This document shows positions 10,008-15,822 of a stretch of 64,000 nt of DNA, in pieces; within the stretch, counting starts at the first letter, position 1; each line of letters begins with the position of its first letter. The notes beneath the pieces are model-generated. The model worked only from the letters and a program-made list of their open reading frames with translations, was not told where the DNA came from and did not search any database. The DNA is from Oscillospiraceae bacterium (GTDB lineage Bacteria; Bacillota; Clostridia; Oscillospirales; Oscillospiraceae), in contig JBMNQH010000004.1 of assembly GCA_050944035.1 (NCBI GenBank), forward strand, positions 2,995-66,994, written 5' to 3'. The position numbers and the translations under genes are program-made.

Positions 10008-10050
10008 AAAAATCAGCGGTACTGATTCTGTCAGTACCGCTGATTTTTTA
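10008..10050 (+). terminator. clpC intrinsic terminator
   Basis: AATCAGCGGTACTGA-ttctg-TCAGTACCGCTGATT followed by TTTTT. Confidence 0.85.
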
Positions 10051-10055
10051 TATGT

Positions 10056-10083
10056 AAAACAAAAAAGCCCCCTTGACAGGGGG
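10056..10083. repeat. Left copy of a 28-bp perfect direct repeat (terminator-like hairpin)
   Basis: AAAACAAAAAAGCCCCCTTGACAGGGGG, identical to 11570-11597. Confidence 0.95.
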
Positions 10084-10126
10084 AGAATGCAATGGTGGAT
10101 GCGGAAAAATCGAAGATTTTTAAGAG

Positions 10127-10220
10127 AAGTTTGTTGTGTATGTTACAAACTTTTTGAAATTACAAATTTTTTAATATTAATAACACAAACTTGAAATTTT
10201 TTAAAAGTTTGTGTTATACT
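10127..10220 (+). promoter_or_regulatory. Two palindromic operators plus the promoter of the ATPase gene
   Basis: AAGTTTGT-N10-ACAAACTT at 10127-10152. ATAACACAAACTT-N12-AAGTTTGTGTTAT at 10180-10217, spanning TTGAAA (10191-10196) and TATACT (10215-10220). Confidence 0.6.
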
Positions 10221-10238
10221 AATAACGGAGGTGATACC

Positions 10239-11561
10239 ATGCCTAAAACCGGATCTGAATTGAGAGCCCGTCCACTCTATCTGAACCGTTTGATTGCATT
10301 TCAGGATACCGAGCCTGTCAAAATCATTACGGGTATTCGCCGTTGTGGCAAGTCCAGCCTGCTGAAGCTGATGGCCAATCATCTTCGGGAAACGGGCATA
10401 GCAGATATCCAAATTATCGAAATGAATTTTGAATCAATGGCGTTTCGAAAAATGACGGTTGAGGAACTGTATCAGTATGTCAAACAGCGCTTACCAGAGA
10501 ATAAGCGTGCCTATCTGTTTTTCGATGAGATTCAACACATCAACGAATGGCAAGATGCAATTAATTCTTTCCGTGTGGATTTTGATTGCGATATCTATGT
10601 TACCGGTTCCAATGCATATTTGCTTTCTTCCGAGTATGCAACCTATCTTGCAGGACGGAGCGTGGAAATTAAGATGCTTCCATTGTCTTTCCGGGAATTT
10701 TTGGATTTCCATAGCTATGCCGTGACGGAGAGCAGGCGTCCGGCAGGCGGTTTGAGAAAACAAATCTGTGATGCGTCTGGCGAAAGCTATGAGCCGCAGG
10801 AGCTGCTGGAAGCGTATATAAAATTTGGCGGGATGCCTGGTATTGCTGACGTTGGTTTGGATACTGATAAAGCGCTGACACTCTTGGATGGCATATATTC
10901 CACGGTTGTTGTGCGTGATATTCTGGAACGCGAAAAACGAAGAGGACAGCGGCAGCTGACCGATCCGGAACTGCTGCGTAGAATCATCATGTTTCTGGCT
11001 GATAACATTGGCAACACAACTTCCATTACTTCGATCGGCAATACCCTGGTCAATGAAAAGCTTCTGGACGGCAGTAATCGGAGAGGAAAACCTGCGGTAC
11101 AAACCATTCAGGCATATGTGGCTGCACTGCTGGAATCCTATGTGTTCTATGAGATCAAGCGTTTTGATATAAAGGGAAAAGGATTTCTCCGGACTATGGG
11201 CAAGTATTATATTATAGATACTGGTCTGCGAAACTATCTGTTGGGCTTTCGGGATATGGACATCGGGCATATCATTGAAAATCTTGTTTACTTTGAACTG
11301 CTTCGCCGCGGCTATGATGTAGCCATTGGCAAGGTCGATAATAAAGAAGTGGATTTTATTGCCACCAATGCAAGCGAAAAGCGATATATTCAGGTAACCG
11401 AGTCTATGAATGATCCGGCTACCCGTGAACGGGAGCTTGTACCGTTGCGTGCCATTCGGGACAATTACGAAAAAATCGTAATTACCAGCCACTGTGACAA
11501 TCCCATCACGCAAGACGGGATTAAAATCATAAAATTAACGGACTTCCTATTGGATGACTAG
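10239..11561 (+). CDS. AAA+ ATPase with C-terminal DUF4143-type domain (COG1373-like)
   Basis: 440 aa counted from the ATG behind the GGAGGTG RBS. Walker A GIRRCGKSS, Walker B LFFDEIQ, conserved C-terminal domain. Confidence 0.8.
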   Translation: MPKTGSELRARPLYLNRLIAFQDTEPVKIITGIRRCGKSSLLKLMANHLRETGIADIQIIEMNFESMAFRKMTVEELYQYVKQRLPENKRAYLFFDEIQHINEWQDAINSFRVDFDCDIYVTGSNAYLLSSEYATYLAGRSVEIKMLPLSFREFLDFHSYAVTESRRPAGGLRKQICDASGESYEPQELLEAYIKFGGMPGIADVGLDTDKALTLLDGIYSTVVVRDILEREKRRGQRQLTDPELLRRIIMFLADNIGNTTSITSIGNTLVNEKLLDGSNRRGKPAVQTIQAYVAALLESYVFYEIKRFDIKGKGFLRTMGKYYIIDTGLRNYLLGFRDMDIGHIIENLVYFELLRRGYDVAIGKVDNKEVDFIATNASEKRYIQVTESMNDPATRERELVPLRAIRDNYEKIVITSHCDNPITQDGIKIIKLTDFLLDD

Positions 11562-11569
11562 GCGTGTCG

Positions 11570-11597
11570 AAAACAAAAAAGCCCCCTTGACAGGGGG
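11570..11597. repeat. Right copy of the 28-bp perfect direct repeat
   Basis: Identical to 10056-10083. Begins 9 nt after the ATPase stop codon. Confidence 0.95.
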
Positions 11598-11617
11598 CCT
11601 TAAATTTCGATAAGGTC

Positions 11618-11646
11618 TTGCATCCGATGGATAACTTTGCTATAAT
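11618..11646 (+). promoter_or_regulatory. Orphan near-consensus sigma-A promoter
   Basis: TTGCAT, 17-nt spacer, TATAAT. No credible ORF follows. Confidence 0.65.
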
Positions 11647-11652
11647 CAACTT

Positions 11653-11816
11653 GGAAAATAAAAATGCGGCAGCTTATGGGTGCGCCAACACCCATAAGCC
11701 TGCGCAGGTGTAACGCACACACCTACACAACGGTCTGTCTCGACCGCACCACGAGATTATTATACGACATTTTCACCTCTGTTGCAAGGGGTGGTTTTCG
11801 TCGCATAGATTTTTTT
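11653..11816 (+). ncRNA. Candidate structured small RNA of unknown class
   Basis: 14-bp bulged hairpin 11669-11703. 6-bp hairpin 11706-11724. 5-bp hairpin 11738-11756. 7-bp terminator stem 11774-11793 followed by a U-tract, plus T7 at 11810-11816. Confidence 0.4.
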
Positions 11817-11891
11817 GTGGTGGTGTTGCATAAGAACGCGGTTTCTTGCGCTGTGTAGGATATTCCTGCATGGCGTTTTTTATTTTCCCGG

Positions 11892-11919
11892 GCTCCCCGG
11901 GGGCTTGCCCCCGGGGAGC
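11892..11919. other. 28-bp GC-rich perfect palindrome
   Basis: GCTCCCCGGGGGC-tt-GCCCCCGGGGAGC in a non-coding spacer. Confidence 0.7.
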
Positions 11920-12049
11920 TTTGACGGAGAAAAAAGGGGAACACTCTCTTTCTTTTTTACCCCAAAACTTTTTATTTCCGCATGATAAAAAGCTTTCTCT
12001 ATTTTTCTTCTTTTTTCTCTGTTTTCCTTGCCGGCCTGTCCAGCTGGCA

Positions 12050-12075
12050 GCCCCCTCAGTCGAGGGGGCATTTTA
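12050..12075 (+). terminator. Terminator-like hairpin facing the 3' end of the HTH array
   Basis: GCCCCCTC-agtc-GAGGGGGC followed by ATTTTA. Confidence 0.5.
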
Positions 12076-12121
12076 TGGCGAGACGCAAAAGAACGGTGAG
12101 CCTTCCCTTTTGGAAAAGCCG

Positions 12122-12391
12122 CTATTCGTCATCGTCGCTTTCCTCGTCGAAAGAATATGCACTGAGTTCCTCAAAATCTAAAAACTCAGCAGGTGTCATA
12201 TTGAAAGCATTTGCAATTTTATGGATTGTTTTAAGTTTGGGGTCAAAGGTTCGTCCATTGACCAGATGTTCCAAACCAGCTTGGCTAATCCCACTCATAC
12301 CTGCTAATTTATGAACGGAGATGCCACGCTTTTTGCATAACGCTACTATTCGGTTAGAGACGACTTGAGAATAGGTTTTATTCGTCATCAT
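12122..12391 (-). CDS. XRE-family HTH protein with acidic tail, array copy A (last transcribed)
   Basis: 89 aa from MMTNK. HTH KLAGMSGISQAGLEHLVNG. Tail FDEESDDDE. Confidence 0.8.
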   Translation of the reverse strand: MMTNKTYSQVVSNRIVALCKKRGISVHKLAGMSGISQAGLEHLVNGRTFDPKLKTIHKIANAFNMTPAEFLDFEELSAYSFDEESDDDE

Positions 12392-12647
12392 CGGTTTCCT
12401 CATCGAAAGAATAATCGTTAAATTCTTTGAAGTCTAAAAACTCAGCGGGTGTCATGCCAAAGGCAAGTGCAATTTTATGCAGCGTCATAATTCTGGGATT
12501 AAGAGTCCTTTTATTAACCAAATTGTCAAGAGTACCTTGACTAACACCACTCATATCTGCCAATTTATTTATAGAAAGACCGCGATTTCTGCAAAGAGAT
12601 CGTATGCGATTGACTAAAATTTTTGCATAAGCTTCATTCGTCATCAT
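12378..12647 (-). CDS. XRE-family HTH protein with acidic tail, array copy B
   Basis: 89 aa from MMTNE. Tail FDEETDDDE. 14-nt overlaps with both neighbouring copies. Confidence 0.85.
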   Translation of the reverse strand: MMTNEAYAKILVNRIRSLCRNRGLSINKLADMSGVSQGTLDNLVNKRTLNPRIMTLHKIALAFGMTPAEFLDFKEFNDYSFDEETDDDE

Positions 12648-12903
12648 CGGCTTCCTCGTCGAAAGAATAATCGTTAAATTCTTTGAAGTCTAAAAACTCG
12701 GCGGGTGTCATGCCAAAGGCAAGTGCAATTTTGTGCAGTGTAATAATTTTTGGATTTAGTGAATTTCCACTGACTAAGTTACCTAGGGTGGAATGACTAA
12801 CGCCACTCATCTCTGACAGCTTATTAACAGCAATACCGCGGCTTTTGCAGAGTCCTAATATCCGATTGACTAAAATTTTTGCGTAAACTTCATTCGTCAT
12901 CAT
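12634..12903 (-). CDS. XRE-family HTH protein with acidic tail, array copy C
   Basis: 89 aa from MMTNE. The track's start at 12930 is an upstream out-of-context ATG. Tail FDEEADDDE. Confidence 0.85.
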   Translation of the reverse strand: MMTNEVYAKILVNRILGLCKSRGIAVNKLSEMSGVSHSTLGNLVSGNSLNPKIITLHKIALAFGMTPAEFLDFKEFNDYSFDEEADDDE

Positions 12904-13156
12904 CGGCTTCCTCGTCAAAGGAATAATCATTAAATTCTTTGAAGTCTAGAAACTCGGCGGGTGTCATACCAAAAGCAATTGCAATTTTGTGTAGAGTTGC
13001 AATTCTGGGATTAAACGTCTTCCTATTGACTAAATTATCAAGAGTTGAAGAGCTGATGCCGCTCATAACTGACAATTTATTTATAGTGATGCCACGGTTT
13101 TTACAAAGCGATAATATTCGATTAACGATAATTTGGGAATATGGCCTATAATCCAT
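12890..13156 (-). CDS. XRE-family HTH protein with acidic tail, array copy D (first transcribed)
   Basis: 88 aa from MDYRPYSQ, behind the RBS AAGGTGAGG. Tail FDEEADDDE. Confidence 0.8.
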   Translation of the reverse strand: MDYRPYSQIIVNRILSLCKNRGITINKLSVMSGISSSTLDNLVNRKTFNPRIATLHKIAIAFGMTPAEFLDFKEFNDYSFDEEADDDE

Positions 13157-13168
13157 CTGCCTCACCTT

Positions 13169-13253
13169 GCTATCAGAAACACAGTTCATAGAAATAGTGT
13201 TTTCATGATAGCAATAAAAATACTCTCAATCTCCCGAATTCAGGATATTGAGA
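13169..13253. promoter_or_regulatory. Divergent control region with two inverted repeats
   Basis: Imperfect 44-bp palindrome GCTATCAGAAACAC...GTGTTTTCATGATAGC at 13169-13212. TCTCAAT-N16-ATTGAGA at 13224-13253. Confidence 0.45.
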
Positions 13254-13281
13254 TGAACTCATATTGATTGAAGGGTTGACT

Positions 13282-13761
13282 ATGGAAAAGGATTTATCAA
13301 TCTTAACGGAGAAGCAACGGATTGCATATCTGCTGCGGGAACAGGGACTAACATATAAGAGCATTGGGGAGAAAATGGGGATTTCCGCCAGTGCTGCCCA
13401 ACAGAATGTGAAAGGTGCAGAACAAAGATTTTATGAGTATGAAAAATACCATGCACAGCGGGAACGGGACAAACAGCCGATTGACTTTCCGCTGACGCGG
13501 GGAGAACTGAATGAAATTCTAGCTGCGGTTCGTATGCTGGAATGGGATTTGGTGCGGCAGTCCACGAACTTCAGAAGAGGTTGGGGAGAGCGTCTGACAT
13601 ACCGGTGTCAGGTGGTTAACGCCTTGTCGAAACGGATACAGATTGCGCTCTGTGGCCGGGTTGTTTATTCAAGTCTGGTAGACCTGTCGCTGGAGTTGAA
13701 GGAAAAACCGGACAATCGTCTGATGCGGTTGGAGGAAGAAACCGTACAGGATCAGGATTGA
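13282..13761 (+). CDS. Sigma-70 region-4 / YlxM-like HTH protein with unknown C-terminal domain
   Basis: About 160 aa. N-terminus LTEKQRIAYLLREQGLTYKSIGEKMGISASAAQQNVKGAEQRF. The start could also be the TTG at 13264. Confidence 0.6.
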   Translation: MEKDLSILTEKQRIAYLLREQGLTYKSIGEKMGISASAAQQNVKGAEQRFYEYEKYHAQRERDKQPIDFPLTRGELNEILAAVRMLEWDLVRQSTNFRRGWGERLTYRCQVVNALSKRIQIALCGRVVYSSLVDLSLELKEKPDNRLMRLEEETVQDQD

Positions 13762-13774
13762 CGGGAAACCGCGC

Positions 13775-13815
13775 AAAAAAACGGTCTCAAACTGTTTGTT
13801 TGAGACCGTTTTTGT
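13775..13815. terminator. Bidirectional terminator
   Basis: A-run, AACGGTCTCAAAC-tgttt-GTTTGAGACCGTT, T-run. Confidence 0.8.
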
Positions 13816-13830
13816 TATAAAACGTGTGGG

Positions 13831-14619
13831 TTAATGTTTTGCATTGCCGACCTGTACGACCAGAAACGTATAGACCAGCAGGATACCGGCCAGCCCAATC
13901 AGCAGGAGTCTAATACCCAATTCATGCGCATCCGCCATAGAGGTGATGCAGAAAAAGGCGGTCAAAGGTGCCGTGAAGAGCAGAGCCAGCGGCCGCGCTT
14001 TTTCAAAGAAGTACCCGGCCAGAAGGAAGAAGCTGATTAAGATACCGCTGATGGTCAGAATATAAATCGCATAGGCCCAGATGGTGGGATTGTTTGCATT
14101 TTCATGATAGGAGATAATCAGCCAAAAGCAGGAGAACACAACCGGAACCGCAGAAGTGAGACAGCGGATGTCCAGTTTCCCCTCAGGGTTGTTTGTTTTC
14201 AAACGGAGCGCCAGAACGGTTGTGCTGATTGCAGTGACAACTGCGGCCGCGGCGAGAAGTCTGTGAATGGTGGGGTAGAGATGTTGTGCAGCGTTTTTAA
14301 GAATCAGGACGCCGGAAAAGGCGACCAGGAGGGAGAACATAATCACGATCACCTGAAACAGCAGGACGTTTTCCTGTGCGAAGGCCGTGCAGCTGCGGTT
14401 GAAGGGATGCCGCCGCATACGCATGAGAATGACGGCGACAGCGAAAAACAGAACTGCAACAAGGCAGACAAGAAACATGGTTGTGTGCCACAGGGAGCCG
14501 GTGACTGCAAGACCGGTTTCGGTCTCAAAGGCATTGTCGAGCTGGAGCCACCGAAAAAAGAAGCCGAACGCCCCAAGAACGAGGGAAGCAAGGCAGGTTG
14601 TTAACGTGTCTTTTTGCAT
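13831..14619 (-). CDS. Polytopic integral membrane protein, unknown function
   Basis: About 8 hydrophobic helices. ATG at 14619 is preferred. The open frame extends to a TTG at 14733. Confidence 0.55.
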   Translation of the reverse strand: MQKDTLTTCLASLVLGAFGFFFRWLQLDNAFETETGLAVTGSLWHTTMFLVCLVAVLFFAVAVILMRMRRHPFNRSCTAFAQENVLLFQVIVIMFSLLVAFSGVLILKNAAQHLYPTIHRLLAAAAVVTAISTTVLALRLKTNNPEGKLDIRCLTSAVPVVFSCFWLIISYHENANNPTIWAYAIYILTISGILISFFLLAGYFFEKARPLALLFTAPLTAFFCITSMADAHELGIRLLLIGLAGILLVYTFLVVQVGNAKH

Positions 14620-14758
14620 AATTTTTAATCCGCCCAAATAAAGTTTATCGACGCGAATTCGTTCCGCGGTGCGGAACTGAGGCGGTCGAGGTTGATTATT
14701 CCTTATTTTATACCGTAGCATCGTTTTCGTCAACCAATAAAATCAAAGGAGGTGCCCT

Positions 14759-15769
14759 GTGAAGCGGACGATCATCATTTCCATTCTGTTAATTGCGGCA
14801 GCACTGCTGCTGCCGTTGTTATTTTTACGGCAAAATGCCACGGAGTGGGATCTGTTTTCCAAAGAAGATGCGGGCTCATCGGAAGAGGAATCCGCAGATA
14901 CGCCGGACCAGACGCAGGATACGGAACTGTTGGACGCCGCGATCACGCTGACCGCGCAGATCAACGGGGAACCGGTTGCAACGACGATGGCGGAATATCT
15001 TCCGGGAGTGCTTGCGGCGGAGATGCCGGCGACGTTTGAGCTGGAGGCATTGAAGGCGCAGGCCATTGCGGCGCGCACCTATATTCTCTATCGGATGCAG
15101 GGGTCGGAAGCTGCGCATCCGGACGCCAATGTGTGCGACGATTTCAACTGTTGTGCGGCCTATTTGACGGTTGACGAGCTGCGGGAGAATTGGGGAGAGG
15201 CATTTGATAGCAACTGGGCAAAGATTCAGCAGGCCGTGCAGGAAACCAGCGGGCAATACATGGTCTATGAAGAGGAGCCGATTCAGGCGGTATTTCATTC
15301 CTCGTCGGCGGGCAAGACGGAGGACAGCAGTAACATCTGGGGGGATCAACCCTATCTGGTCAGCGTAGACAGTCCGGAGACAGAGGCAAAGGTGCCGAAC
15401 TTTATCGCCTCGACCGAGGTGTCTGCCAATGAATTTCGCACCGTCATTTTGACAGCGGATCAGAATGCGGATTTAAGCGGAGATGTTTCCGAATGGGTTG
15501 GGGAAGTGAAAACCGGAGAGACGGGACGGGTGGACTATGCGATCATTGGCGGCGTCAGCTTTTCCGGTACCGCGCTGCGCGAACTGTTCGGACTGCGGTC
15601 TACCGCATTCACGCTGGACTACGGCGGCGGACAGTTTGTCTTTACGACGACGGGATATGGGCATGGCGTTGGCATGAGTCAATACGGTGCAAATGTACTT
15701 GCGGAAGAGGGGCAGAGTTGTGAAGAGATTTTGCTGCACTATTACAGCGGTGTTTCCATTGTGACGTGA
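14759..15769 (+). CDS. spoIID: Stage II sporulation protein D (lytic transglycosylase)
   Basis: 336 aa. GTG start 6 nt after AAAGGAGG. SpoIID/LytB motifs (AIAARTY, FHSSSAGKTE, GHGVGMSQYGA). Confidence 0.88.
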   Translation: MKRTIIISILLIAAALLLPLLFLRQNATEWDLFSKEDAGSSEEESADTPDQTQDTELLDAAITLTAQINGEPVATTMAEYLPGVLAAEMPATFELEALKAQAIAARTYILYRMQGSEAAHPDANVCDDFNCCAAYLTVDELRENWGEAFDSNWAKIQQAVQETSGQYMVYEEEPIQAVFHSSSAGKTEDSSNIWGDQPYLVSVDSPETEAKVPNFIASTEVSANEFRTVILTADQNADLSGDVSEWVGEVKTGETGRVDYAIIGGVSFSGTALRELFGLRSTAFTLDYGGGQFVFTTTGYGHGVGMSQYGANVLAEEGQSCEEILLHYYSGVSIVT

Positions 15770-15779
15770 TAATAAAAAT

Positions 15780-15806
15780 GCCCCTCTGCAGAAACAGCAG
15801 AGGGGC
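15780..15806. terminator. Bidirectional terminator between spoIID and yloV
   Basis: GCCCCTCTGC-agaaaca-GCAGAGGGGC. Confidence 0.7.
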
Positions 15807-15822
15807 GCGAAGCAAAAAATGG

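Larger units (their letters stand above)
12122..13156 (-). repeat. Tandem array of four gene-sized units, 256-bp period
   Basis: Start-to-start spacing is 12903 to 12647 to 12391. The 3' roughly 105 nt of units B, C and D are about 90-95 percent identical by eye. The 5' parts are diverged. Confidence 0.9.

Noticed and set aside
11664-12314. Overlapping 63-111-aa ORFs on both strands in the spacer between the ATPase cassette and the HTH array.
   Set aside because: They have no Shine-Dalgarno sequences. Their translations are dominated by hairpin and polypyrimidine sequence (FFFFFLCF, PGSPGACPRG). They also overlap each other and the real HTH gene.
12122-13156. The possibility that the 256-bp periodic repeat is a CRISPR-like array or a satellite.
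   Set aside because: The units are complete in-frame genes with RBS, start and stop, and there is no short repeat/spacer structure. An assembly artefact is unlikely because the copies differ at many positions, but long-read confirmation is still advisable.
10050-13830. Calling the AT-rich insert, or the tRNA-bracketed block at 32047-40521, a mobile element.
   Set aside because: No integrase, recombinase, transposase, relaxase or phage structural gene is visible in either region. They are reported as findings only.
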